From an uncultured Methanosarcinaceae archaeon (GTDB lineage: Archaea; Halobacteriota; Methanosarcinia; Methanosarcinales; Methanosarcinaceae): a stretch of 64,000 nucleotides of DNA. How positions within the stretch are numbered: the first letter of the stretch is position 1; the number at the start of each line of letters is the position of its first letter. The DNA lies in assembly GCA_963721455.1 (NCBI GenBank), contig CAVRJG010000064.1:1-64000 (forward strand). Direction: 5' to 3'. The position numbers and the translations under genes were made by a program. Below are positions 19,179 to 28,999 of the stretch, one piece after another. The notes under the pieces are model-generated. The model saw nothing but the letters and a program-made list of their open reading frames with translations, ran no database searches and was not told the origin of the DNA.

Positions 19179-19469
19179 TCAGATCCTGACACCCTCAAGG
19201 AGAACCAGCTTCTTCTTCCAGTGGTCAAGCCCTCTCTTTGCAGCATACCAGTCAAAATATTTATCATCACTCATAAGTTCGCCGGCTTCGAATTTTTGCA
19301 CGAATTCGGTAGAGATCAGGTCGTACTGGTCTTCAAATTCGTCACAGATCATGGAATAGCGGTATACCTTGTATTTCGCAAGATGTTTCTCATGTTCCAG
19401 AGCCGCGCGAATAACCTCACTTACTTCCTGAAGCGAGTAATTGGTATCAATCTCCAAGGTAAAATCCAT
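19179..19469 (-). CDS. Small acidic protein, possible orphan antitoxin
   Basis: The pattern FEDQYDLISTEFVQKFEAGEL..DDKYFDW resembles putative antitoxins that usually pair with DUF6516-type toxins. No toxin is adjacent. Confidence 0.55.
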   Translation of the reverse strand: MDFTLEIDTNYSLQEVSEVIRAALEHEKHLAKYKVYRYSMICDEFEDQYDLISTEFVQKFEAGELMSDDKYFDWYAAKRGLDHWKKKLVLLEGVRI

Positions 19470-19821
19470 GTTTATCCCATAGAATTTGCTGCTGATACTA
19501 AAAAATAATCCTATATCTCTTTTTCTATTTATGAATCATTTATACCCTGCCGGATTCAAAGAAACCCATTAATTCTTTTTTCGAATCCGCAGATATATTT
19601 GCACCCTATGTTTTCACAAATTAATAACGTTTTACCTATTGGAGCCAGTATAAGGTCAATAAAAAGTCAGTAAGGTCAGTAAAAAGTCAGCGCTGAAATA
19701 GAATATGAAAATTGAGAACAAAGAACAGGAATGAATGCAAAGAAATAGGAAAAAGAAAAAAAATTCAGAACAGATAGTTACTATAGAAGGGGTGGGGTTT
19801 TAAAGAAAAACCACACAGTCA

Positions 19822-20061
19822 TCAGTTCTCGGCTGTAACAGGCATTGCCCCTGAATTCTCCAAGTTCTTGTAAATGAACGCTGAAGAGTAAGCAAGCAGC
19901 ATGAATTTAAAGCCCTGGCCAAAATCCAGCTCAATAAACCTTAAAATCATGTGTATAAAGAATGCAAACTGTACAGCACACAGCAGAACTCCTGCTGCAA
20001 TGAATATTTTCTGACGACTGCTACTATCACTACTGTCTGGATCATCGGATTCTTCTGACAT
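19822..20061 (-). CDS. Small membrane protein (2 TM)
   Basis: RBS GAGG, acidic N-terminus followed by two hydrophobic helices. Confidence 0.6.
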   Translation of the reverse strand: MSEESDDPDSSDSSSRQKIFIAAGVLLCAVQFAFFIHMILRFIELDFGQGFKFMLLAYSSAFIYKNLENSGAMPVTAEN

Positions 20062-20166
20062 ATTGTTTCAAACCTCGCAAATAAAGGTGCTAAAGGCGTT
20101 TTATATTTAGCTTGTTTTTATTTGTTTTTAATTTGTTTTTAATTTGTTTTCGTGTTTCTAATCGAA

Positions 20167-20331
20167 TCAGGCTTTATCGTCGGCAGTTTTCAACCAGCTC
20201 AAATTAAATAGAGTCCCCTGCATTAAAGCATGGAAGCTATCTCCTATGAAGCCCTTAAAATGAGACCTAAAGCTGAAAACTTCAATGGATGCATCTGAAG
20301 GTTCAGTTACATTGATCCTCTGGTGCAGCAT
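20167..20331 (-). CDS. Candidate small protein (54 aa)
   Basis: MLHQRINVTEPSDASIEVFSFRSHFKGFIGDSFHALMQGTLFNLSWLKTADDKA*, with GGAGAG upstream. Not in the track. Confidence 0.35.
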   Translation of the reverse strand: MLHQRINVTEPSDASIEVFSFRSHFKGFIGDSFHALMQGTLFNLSWLKTADDKA

Positions 20332-20803
20332 TTATCTGAAAAAACACTCTCCGAATTAGAGACTTTTATACAATATTACTATTTATGGAGGATAGTATAT
20401 ATAACTTACGAGGGGCGGCAGGATACTGTTGAGCCTGTAATCGGTTTTCATTTAGTGGCTTTGAGATTCGTCATGTTCTGGTAACCATTTTCCAGAAAAA
20501 TCCTGAATCATTACCTGCGGGTGGAAGTTTAAAGATACGTGAGATTTGCGGGAGTGGGAACTTTTCAGGCGGCGAGAGATTAAATAGACCATTTTTATTT
20601 TTTGGCAGGGGAGCGGAATGTGCGTAAAACAAGAATTTAATCTTATTTTAGCTGCCGCGGAGTTCTTTTTTAATCGTTTAGAGCGCCAGGTAAACTAACA
20701 CAAAGATTACAAAATGATGCCTATATATGGGCAAATATCTTTATTTATTAGCTAGTAATATTAACTAAAGCCGGGTTTTGACAGGAAATAACAGGGGGAT
20801 AAA

Positions 20804-20980
20804 TTGGAGCCAAAAATCGCTAGATCCTGCGCTGAAACGAAGCAGGGCAACACTCTAAGCTTTTCTTTCAATACGGAAACAAACTTGCTTATTGTTGAGA
20901 TTATAGATAAGAGCGGAGCAGAGCATAATGAATTTGTCTGGCGTTATATTAATGAAAAAGCACTGCTCAAAGAGATTTGA
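20804..20980 (+). CDS. Candidate small protein (58 aa)
   Basis: TTG start after RBS GGGGGA. MEPKIARSCAETKQGNTLSFSFNTETNLLIVEIIDKSGAEHNEFVWRYINEKALLKEI*. Confidence 0.55.
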   Translation: MEPKIARSCAETKQGNTLSFSFNTETNLLIVEIIDKSGAEHNEFVWRYINEKALLKEI

Positions 20981-21074
20981 GATATCGGACAGTGGGAAGC
21001 CTGAATTTTAAGGACGAGAGATGCTTGTTTTATTACTTCGGGAGCGCGGAGGGTCACGAATACCCTGTCCTTTA

Positions 21075-21680
21075 CAGGCTGTCCGACAATTACCTGGGGT
21101 AATTAGAATTTACAGTTTAGCAGATAATACCAATTTTATAATTTTATTACGAATATTTTGAGTTATGGTATTCATCAAATCTTCAAAGAATCAAGTTTGG
21201 ATTTTACCTCCAGATATTCGAGATCTTATTCCTTCAGATCACATCTGCTATTTGGTTGAGTATTTGTAGATAAGATGGATTTTAGGATCTCTTCAAGTTC
21301 GAGGGAGAATTTTCTAATTGAATACACACGCGCCGACTTTGAAATACAGTTATGAAGTAGAACATGACATAGAATGTGTTTTTTTACTTAATAAAGTTTT
21401 GAATTTTCAGCAAGATATGTGAAATTTACTTTTTCCCATAAGGTTAAAAGGATACGATTCCAGTGAATTTGACAATAGGTATGATGGTTCTGGACACCCT
21501 TATTATCATCCATGCATAATGTGTAAGATCGGATTCAATCGATGTTGATAGGGTTCGATCATCGCGAGCGATGGCTCGCATGTTCGAGCATGTAGTTTAC
21601 ATGTATTTGTCTGAAAACCTGCAATCTGACCTTAGAACAATCTGTGACTCAGGAAAGGCATTGAAAAATCGATTACGGAA
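21075..21680 (+). mobile_element. Degraded IS1182-family insertion sequence (left end plus interrupted transposase pseudogene)
   Basis: End-like CAGGCTGTCCGACAA at 21075. Fragments MVFIKSSKNQVWILPPDIRDLIPSDHICYLVE and EFDNRYDGSGHPYYHPCIMCKI...DLRTICD are separated by a ~180-bp insertion. Confidence 0.75.
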
Positions 21681-21944
21681 TTGTTTAAACTCTCACATAA
21701 GTAAGATTTCATCAGGAAAAGTTAATAAATTAGAAGAGGTTAATATCTGTTTTAAAATTATTATTGTGTCGCGGGGCAATTAGTGTGTGCCGGAGCAATT
21801 AATGGGCCTATGCAAATAAGCTCCTGCACATATTATTTCCCATCAGCAAATTTCCGTCCAGAGTTGAGTAAGAAGAGGTATCGGCGATGCGGCTTTTTAC
21901 TTTCCATATACTTTCATTCAGAATGATAAACGGAGTGAGATAGA

Positions 21945-22577
21945 ATGAAAGGACTTTTCAGCATTTTTAAAAAAGGCGAAATAGCCTTTACTGCGCTTGA
22001 ATCTGCAATAGTGCTGACCGCTTTTGTAGTGGTAGCGGCAATATTCGCTTATGTGGTTCTTGGGGTCGAACTCGCCACTTCCGACCTTGCCAGGACAACG
22101 GTTAACGAGGAATTCGCCACTTCCGACACTGCCAGGACAACAGTTAACGAGGATGTAATGCAGATAACTTCTCCTATTGAACTTGCGGGCGGCGTGATAG
22201 CAAAAGCGAGTGACGGTAAGGTAAACAATATCATCCTTACCCTTCAACTTGCAACAGGCCGGCCACCAGTAGATATAGGTGCTGACAGCAGTCTGGGAAG
22301 GATGGTTGTATCCTACTCGGATAATGCTATTTATTTAGCAAGTACAAACTGGACCAGGAGTTTTGTCGGAGATCATGACGGGGATGGGCTGCTGGAACAG
22401 TATGAAATCGTAGAAATTAACGTTACCGTGCCAGCCGGCTCAACATTACAGAGCACTGAAGTAAGTGACGTGGCTAACAGTGAGTTCAGGCTTGAAGTAA
22501 AACCGAAGATCGGTACAATCATGCCTGTGTCGAGAATTATTCCCCCGCAGATTAATACTGTCATGAACCTGGAGTAA
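21945..22577 (+). CDS. Archaellin (archaeal flagellin)-like protein, stand-alone
   Basis: Class III signal then FTALESAIVLTAFVVVAAIFAYVVLG, GDHDGDGLLEQYE, and FRLEVKP...SRIIP C-terminus. Confidence 0.85.
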   Translation: MKGLFSIFKKGEIAFTALESAIVLTAFVVVAAIFAYVVLGVELATSDLARTTVNEEFATSDTARTTVNEDVMQITSPIELAGGVIAKASDGKVNNIILTLQLATGRPPVDIGADSSLGRMVVSYSDNAIYLASTNWTRSFVGDHDGDGLLEQYEIVEINVTVPAGSTLQSTEVSDVANSEFRLEVKPKIGTIMPVSRIIPPQINTVMNLE

Positions 22578-22790
22578 CCCTCAAGGAGTTAAGTGGGTAT
22601 TTTTCCTTTCCCATTGAAGAACATCGAGGGGAAAGCATGGTTAGCATTGTAGATCTAAAAGAGGTAACAGAGTTCCTGGCTGGAATAAGGTCTCAATATT
22701 TAAACTGTATACAAAAAGAAAAACATAAGATGGTGACGGGAAAAAGCCCGGCACAGTGATATTAGAAGATTAATTCTTGAGATCTGGCTC

Positions 22791-22982
22791 TTACACTTTT
22801 CGATGGAGGTGAAAAAGCCCTTCTTTTGCCTTGTTAAGGTACTCGTTTGCTTCCTCAATTTTACTGGCAGCTTCAAGAATATCTTCAGAAGCTTCGAGAA
22901 AACCATCTTTTTTGGCTTTCTGAGCCCATTCCCTAAAGCTCTGCAGATGGCTTTCGTTATGCTCGATCCAGTGTTCAATCAA
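22791..22982 (-). CDS. Small helical protein with HWxEHNxxH motif (putative metal binding)
   Basis: HWIEHNESH..FREWA. The frame stays open upstream (ITEELNHENLAHL) up to an RBS GAGGAGGG near 23027-23034, so the real start may be non-canonical and further upstream. Confidence 0.65.
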   Translation of the reverse strand: MIEHWIEHNESHLQSFREWAQKAKKDGFLEASEDILEAASKIEEANEYLNKAKEGLFHLHRKV

Positions 22983-23230
22983 ATGCGCAAGATTTTCATG
23001 ATTAAGTTCTTCAGTGATAGTTATTCCCTCCTCTTCAAATATATGAAATTCATTGTATAAATTCTCGCTGGATTTAAGTCAGAATTTCATACTGTTAAAT
23101 AAAACCGGTAAAAAAGAGAATAGATGGAACGAAATAAAACAGTTTAAAAACCTGATTTTTACCTATCAGGTTTCAAACTATCCTGCTCAAAATGGTTCCT
23201 ATTAAACTATTTCGGCCTAACTGCTTAGAT

Positions 23231-24472
23231 TCAAACTGACCTTGGATCAGTAATCTCGCCTGTTAGTGCCGAGGCTGCTGCGGTTGCAGGGGATGCAAGA
23301 TAAATAAAACCGTCTTTTCCCATCCTGCCTTTGAAATTCCTGTTTGCAGTTGAGATGCAGACTTCTCCTTCCCCGAGCACTCCCTGATGGGCGCCAAGAC
23401 AGGGTCCGCAACCAGGGGTTACAAGAGTCACGCCTGCCTTCAGCAGAGTTTCCATTGTCCCGTTTTCAATTGCTGCAAGGAGAGTCGTGCGGGATGCAGG
23501 AATTACGATAGTCCTGACTGCAACCTTCTTTCCTTTCAAAACCGCTGCTGCGACCTCAAGGTCTTCAAGCCTCCCATTAGTGCATGTCCCGATAAAAACC
23601 TGGTCGATATGGGTGCCTTCAACTTCTCCCACAGGCTTTACATTGTCCACCTGATGCGGGCAGGCTACCTGAGGCTCGATATCGTCAGCATAGTAGGTTA
23701 ATTCTTTTACGTACATAGCATCCGGATCGGCATAAACCGGCTCATAAGGAGCAGCCGCTCTTTTATTCAGGAAATCGAAGGTCTTTTCGTCCGGCGGAAC
23801 AATCCCTGTTTTTGCTCCCATTTCGATTGCCATATTGCAGAGAGTCATCCTACCGGCGACAGACAGTTCGCTAATAGCCTGCCCGTAAAATTCGACGGCT
23901 TTATAAGTGGCACCGTCAATTCCGGTCTTTCCGATCAGGTAAAGGGTCAGATCTTTTGCATAAACCCCTTCTCCAAGCCTTCCTTCAACAGTAAACCTGA
24001 AGCTTTCCGGCACCTTGAACCAGAGCTTGCCTGTGGCGAAAATCTCAGCCATGTCAGTAGCTCCCACCCCTGTTGCAAAAGCTCCGAAAGCCCCATAAGT
24101 ACACGAATGAGAATCAGCTCCCACAACCAGTTTTCCAGGCAGGGCAAACCCGTTTTCCGGAAGCACCTGATGGCAGATTCCTTCTCCCAATTCATAAAAG
24201 TTCGGAATGCCCTGCTCCTTTACCCACTCCCTGATTTCCTTTTGCAGGGTAGCTGAGGTCTCATTATTTGCAGGCGCGATATGGTCGAAGGGAATTATGA
24301 TCCTTGACGGGTCCCAGACCTTTTCTATCCCCATTTCCTTAAAAGCATTTACTGCAAGTATCGACGTGCCGTCATGCGCCATTGCATAATCGACATCTGC
24401 CATGACAAAATCGTTTGCTTTTGCCTCTGTTCCCGCTGCCCGAGATAAAATCTTTTCGCTAATTGTTCCCAA
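23231..24472 (-). CDS. hacA: Homoaconitase / isopropylmalate dehydratase-family large subunit
   Basis: [51 protein letters not shown]. The hacA versus leuC assignment is by resemblance only. Confidence 0.8.
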   Translation of the reverse strand: MGTISEKILSRAAGTEAKANDFVMADVDYAMAHDGTSILAVNAFKEMGIEKVWDPSRIIIPFDHIAPANNETSATLQKEIREWVKEQGIPNFYELGEGICHQVLPENGFALPGKLVVGADSHSCTYGAFGAFATGVGATDMAEIFATGKLWFKVPESFRFTVEGRLGEGVYAKDLTLYLIGKTGIDGATYKAVEFYGQAISELSVAGRMTLCNMAIEMGAKTGIVPPDEKTFDFLNKRAAAPYEPVYADPDAMYVKELTYYADDIEPQVACPHQVDNVKPVGEVEGTHIDQVFIGTCTNGRLEDLEVAAAVLKGKKVAVRTIVIPASRTTLLAAIENGTMETLLKAGVTLVTPGCGPCLGAHQGVLGEGEVCISTANRNFKGRMGKDGFIYLASPATAAASALTGEITDPRSV

Positions 24473-24982
24473 AAGTAAGTCTCCTGTCTGATAATCAAGA
24501 ATAATGAAGTATGAGAAAGAAATTCAGATTCCTGAACTCACTATAACGAGATATATACTTAATGGATTTTTGAGTTAAAGATTTAATTAAAAGAAATATT
24601 TTAAAGTAACTATACAGGGTATTCTCGCAGGAAACGGGATCATCCTGCGGGAACGCTCAAAGGAGCGCCGCTAACTATACTCTGAGGGCCAAATATCCCT
24701 CTGCCCTCTACAGATCGTAAGCTCGTGGAAAATTGCCAGACTCTATAACGGCAGAGCTGTAACATGTTAAATTGCCGGAGAGCCGCAGGAGTTGAGGGTG
24801 GTAATCTATTCAAGCCGGACAATGCCGTAAGTTACAAAAACTACCTTCTCAGCCTGCGTTTGTTTTATGAAAATGCAGCTATAAAATTAAAGCTGCATAT
24901 TACCCTCTATACGAGTTACAAAATATTAAATAAAGAGTAAGCGACTCAACTTCAAAGCAGGAATTTCAAAGTAGAAAATTTC

Positions 24983-25942
24983 TCAGATTATTCCGTTCTT
25001 CTCCAGAAATCCTTCAAGAGGCACGGAATGAGTCTGGAAGCCGCATACTTTATAGGGATCAGCTCCCATTGAAAGGGCTACGAACTGGGCAATATTCATG
25101 TGCACCATATCATATTTTACGCCAAACTCTTTTTCAATAACCGGCTGGTAGCGGTCGTACTGGATATGGCAGTTCGGGCACATATGAATCATCAGTTCTA
25201 CGCCTGCATTTTGAAGGCTGTCAAGTTTAGTTTTTGTTACCTGAAGCGACGTATCTTTGTTAAGGTGAAGCTGGGAAAAGCCCATCCCACAGGTAAGAGT
25301 GCGGTCTTCGTACCAGCGAACCATATCAGCTCCGCAGGCTGCGGCTATAGTGTCTATTAACTGAGGGTTTTCAGGGTTTCCGAGGACATCGAGATACTTG
25401 ACTTTATAGTAGTGACAGGCATGGTGGGCTGCAGCTTTGATCCCTGAGAAGTCGAATTTCTTCTGCTCCCGGATCTTATCGACCTTGCTTAAGAGAATCT
25501 CTACTGCATGGTAGAAGTTTGTCCTTGCATTCATATCGTCTTTTTCGTAAACGAGATCTTCAAGGCCATGCTCCCTGAAGATGGAATTGACTTTTTCCCG
25601 GATCTCGGTATTAGTATTAAGAACCTCACAGGCTTCCTTGTTTATGGCATAACAGGTTGAACAGAGGCAGGTTATATTGGGATAGCCGCATCTTCTCGCG
25701 ACTGCGAAGTTCCGGGCTGCAATAGCTGTTGTTGTTAGCCCTTCAAAGATGTCAGTATAATGCCCTATTCCTGTGCAGCAGGACTGCTCATCATTTATAC
25801 AGTAATCTACTCCAAGCCTGTCAAACACGTAACGAGTGGAAGTTTCCACTCCCGGGTACTCCTGCCCGACCATGCAGCTTTTAAATAATAAGAGCTGCCT
25901 GTCCGGTATATCCTCTATCGCTTTCAAAGCCGAAATCCCCAC
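24983..25942 (-). CDS. hdrB: CoB-CoM heterodisulfide reductase subunit B
   Basis: CCG-domain motifs QSCCTG, CSTC, HHACHY, TCGMG, CPNCHIQYD. Confidence 0.93.
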   Translation of the reverse strand: MGISALKAIEDIPDRQLLLFKSCMVGQEYPGVETSTRYVFDRLGVDYCINDEQSCCTGIGHYTDIFEGLTTTAIAARNFAVARRCGYPNITCLCSTCYAINKEACEVLNTNTEIREKVNSIFREHGLEDLVYEKDDMNARTNFYHAVEILLSKVDKIREQKKFDFSGIKAAAHHACHYYKVKYLDVLGNPENPQLIDTIAAACGADMVRWYEDRTLTCGMGFSQLHLNKDTSLQVTKTKLDSLQNAGVELMIHMCPNCHIQYDRYQPVIEKEFGVKYDMVHMNIAQFVALSMGADPYKVCGFQTHSVPLEGFLEKNGII

Positions 25943-26591
25943 TTTTGTCTTCCTTTTTAATACACTGGTTCTTCAGGAGCTGGTGCAAACGTTTTTCCTG
26001 TATTTTTCCTTTGAGCCATTTTTCCCTTTCAAAATAACCTGTGCCTTCAAGAATGGCCTGAACTTCTCCATGGGTATTCCTGATATCCCTGGAACTGAGC
26101 CCGAGTTCGACACGGGTTGATTCAAGATTCTTTTTGAATTTGATCCAGCGTTCTCCAAGGTCTCTTTCCATATTCTTGACTCCGGGGCCCGGTACCTTGC
26201 TGGCTCCGTTCTCTGCAAGATATTCGCCGATCTCAAGGAAGTATGCAAGTTTCTCAACCCCGATGCCCTCGTTGATAGCCATCTGCCTGAGCACCTGTAC
26301 TATTGTTACCGGGCTGTTATTTCTGGGACAGCGCAGGTTGCAGGAATAGCAGTAGAAGCAAGACCAGATCATTTCGGACTCAAGCACACTGCGGTCGTTT
26401 TCCAGCACTTTTTTTACGATCTGGCGCGGGCTGTAATCTGTAAAGCGGGCTGCAGGACAGGAAGCAGTGCAGGCTCCGCACTGGATGCAGCGGTCAAGCC
26501 CCAGAGAGGCAGGTGTCCGGATGCTTCTCTTTGCAGTCTCTGCAAGAGTTTTACATTCCGGTGTATCGTATTCGTTTACATATGGCATCAT
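25881..26591 (-). CDS. hdrC: CoB-CoM heterodisulfide reductase subunit C
   Basis: CIQCGACTASCP and CFYCYSCNLRCP 4Fe-4S motifs. Confidence 0.93.
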   Translation of the reverse strand: MMPYVNEYDTPECKTLAETAKRSIRTPASLGLDRCIQCGACTASCPAARFTDYSPRQIVKKVLENDRSVLESEMIWSCFYCYSCNLRCPRNNSPVTIVQVLRQMAINEGIGVEKLAYFLEIGEYLAENGASKVPGPGVKNMERDLGERWIKFKKNLESTRVELGLSSRDIRNTHGEVQAILEGTGYFEREKWLKGKIQEKRLHQLLKNQCIKKEDKSGDFGFESDRGYTGQAALII

Positions 26592-28999
26592 TTGATCATC
26601 TCTCCTTCCCGGGCAAGGCTGGTGAAAGTGCCTGCAAGCCCTTTTGTATTTGGAACATAGGCTTTTTTGAAATAGAGCCTGTTTCCTGAATCTCCCATTT
26701 CTTTTTTCAGTTTCTCGAAATGGCTGACAGTTAAAGGATATATAATCTCAGCTTTCGGGCTGTCAGGGGGGTCTTCTATAAAGAGGACCGAAGATGCCCC
26801 GCATTTGAAGGCGTGAAGTAGCAGATCTTTGTCCACAACCAGATTTGTGGGTACCTTGATCAACTTGACATTTGAGGGATAGGTCAGCACACTGTTCCCT
26901 ATATTGTCGCAGGTCAGAGATGCAATCCCGCTGTTTACAAAGCCCAGCAGGTCTCCCTCTTTGAGCACACCCTCAATTTCGGCTTTTAGCTGAGTTTTCG
27001 TGAAACTTGCAACCTGAATAGCCCCGGTTTGACAGAGTTCAGTGCAGTATCCGCAGCCCGTACAGACCAGTGGGTCTACGATAATCTTTCCATTCTCATT
27101 CAAAGAAAAAGCATCGAATGGACACTTGAGGCATTCCCTACATTGAGTACAGAGAAGCTGGTTGATAGTCGGAATTTCATTTACCAGTGCTTTTGGGCTG
27201 TCCGCAATAAAGGCCCTTCCCCTTACAGCTGCAAGCCCTGCCTGGGAAATAGTATCTGTAACGTCCTTAGGGCTCTGAGCAGTGCCGCAGACAAAGATCC
27301 CGTCAAGTGAACTGTCTACAGGTTTCAATTTCGAATGTCTCTCCTTGAGAAAGCCACTTTCGTCCTGGCTCAGGTTCAGTACACTGGCAATTTTTCTGGT
27401 CCCCTGGGACGGGGTCATGGCCGCAGAAAGTATAACGAGATCTGCAGGAATCTCCTTTATCCTCTGATCCAGGGTATCTTCAATTCTTACAACAAGACTC
27501 TTATCCGGCTTTTCCACGATTTCGGCCGGTCTTCCCCTCACAAAGTTAACTCCCATATCCTGGACTGCACGATAGTAATTCTCATAGAAACCAAGAGCTC
27601 GCAGATCAATATAGCAAATTGTGATTTCTGTACCTGGATATTTTTTGAGTATCAGGCTCGAGTGTTTCAGGGCTGCCATGCAGCAGTACCTGGAACAGTA
27701 ACGATTTCCGCCTTCTTTTTCATCTCTCGAACCCACACACTGGATCATAACTATCTTTTTAGGTGTTCCATTGGAGTTATCCGAAGGATTGTCAGAGGAG
27801 TCCTCACTTTCACAAGTACTTGTTGAAGATATTGCCGCATCAGAAGCCGTGCTGAAATAAGAAGGCTTGAGCACTGCCCCTTTTGTAGGGCCGTTGATTC
27901 CAAGCATTCTGGCAAGTTCCATCTGGGTCATCACGTTTTTGAAAATCCCATACCCGTATTGGGGTTTTTGGGATGTATCATACTCGTCAAAGCCGGTAGC
28001 AACAATAACTGCACCAACATTGAGGTCAATAATCTCTTCCTTTTGCGAAAAATCAATTGCTCCGGATTTACAGGCTTCTGCACATTTCCCGCAGGTTTCA
28101 CCATTCAGCTGCAGACAGTGGTCAGGGTCTATACAGTAAGTCTTCGGAACTGATTGGGAAAAACGCAGGGAAATTGCCTTTTTGTCCATGTATCCGCAGT
28201 TGAACTCATTTTCAACCAGAACAGGACAGACATAGCTGCATCGGCCACAGCCGGTACAGTTATCATGCACGTATCTCGGTTTTTTCCTGAGCCTGACTGT
28301 AAAGTTGCCGGCACTTCCGCTTAAGCGTTCTACCTCAGTCCAGGTTAAAAGGGTTATTTTGGGGTTAGCTACTACCTCGTTCATCAGCGGGCTAAGTGAG
28401 CACATTGCGCACTCTTCCGCAAGCTTGTCAGGAGAAAAGACCTTGCCTATTTTTGCCATATTCCCACCTATACTGGAATCCTTCTCAACGAGGTAGGTGG
28501 AAATTCCATTATCTGCAAGGTTCACTGCCGCAGTTATCCCTGCAATCCCTCCGCCAATAACCAGGGCCTGTGGAGCGATGTCCACTTTTATTTCTTCAAG
28601 GGGCTCGATATTTTCCAGGCGTCTGAGTTTTCCCCGAAGAAGTGAAAGAGCTTTTTCAGTAGCTCCGGCTTTATCCGGATGTACCCAGGCACAGTGTTCC
28701 CTGAGGTTTGCAATTTCGAGCATTGCTCTGTTAAGTCCTGCCTCCTGAATACACTTTTTAAAAAGAGTGCCGTGTTTGGAAGGGGTACACGAGCCTATAA
28801 CTATCCGGTCCAGGTTCCCTTCGGAGATCTTATTTTTAATCAGGGTCTGTCCCTCTCTCGAACAAAGATACTCGTAATCGAAGACCGGGACCCCTTCTGC
28901 CTTCAGGGTTTTCTTAAGATAATTAATATCGACATGTTCGGAAATGTTCCCACTGCAATGGCAGATAAATACAGCGGTTTTGTCCAGGGCAGCGTTCAT
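26588..28999 (-). CDS. hdrA: CoB-CoM heterodisulfide reductase subunit A with C-terminal MvhD-like extension
   Basis: VFICHCSGNI, NLREHCAWVH, GGGIAG FAD motif, QCVGSRD, CSRYCCM, ferredoxin motifs. Confidence 0.95.
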   Translation of the reverse strand: MNAALDKTAVFICHCSGNISEHVDINYLKKTLKAEGVPVFDYEYLCSREGQTLIKNKISEGNLDRIVIGSCTPSKHGTLFKKCIQEAGLNRAMLEIANLREHCAWVHPDKAGATEKALSLLRGKLRRLENIEPLEEIKVDIAPQALVIGGGIAGITAAVNLADNGISTYLVEKDSSIGGNMAKIGKVFSPDKLAEECAMCSLSPLMNEVVANPKITLLTWTEVERLSGSAGNFTVRLRKKPRYVHDNCTGCGRCSYVCPVLVENEFNCGYMDKKAISLRFSQSVPKTYCIDPDHCLQLNGETCGKCAEACKSGAIDFSQKEEIIDLNVGAVIVATGFDEYDTSQKPQYGYGIFKNVMTQMELARMLGINGPTKGAVLKPSYFSTASDAAISSTSTCESEDSSDNPSDNSNGTPKKIVMIQCVGSRDEKEGGNRYCSRYCCMAALKHSSLILKKYPGTEITICYIDLRALGFYENYYRAVQDMGVNFVRGRPAEIVEKPDKSLVVRIEDTLDQRIKEIPADLVILSAAMTPSQGTRKIASVLNLSQDESGFLKERHSKLKPVDSSLDGIFVCGTAQSPKDVTDTISQAGLAAVRGRAFIADSPKALVNEIPTINQLLCTQCRECLKCPFDAFSLNENGKIIVDPLVCTGCGYCTELCQTGAIQVASFTKTQLKAEIEGVLKEGDLLGFVNSGIASLTCDNIGNSVLTYPSNVKLIKVPTNLVVDKDLLLHAFKCGASSVLFIEDPPDSPKAEIIYPLTVSHFEKLKKEMGDSGNRLYFKKAYVPNTKGLAGTFTSLAREGEMIK

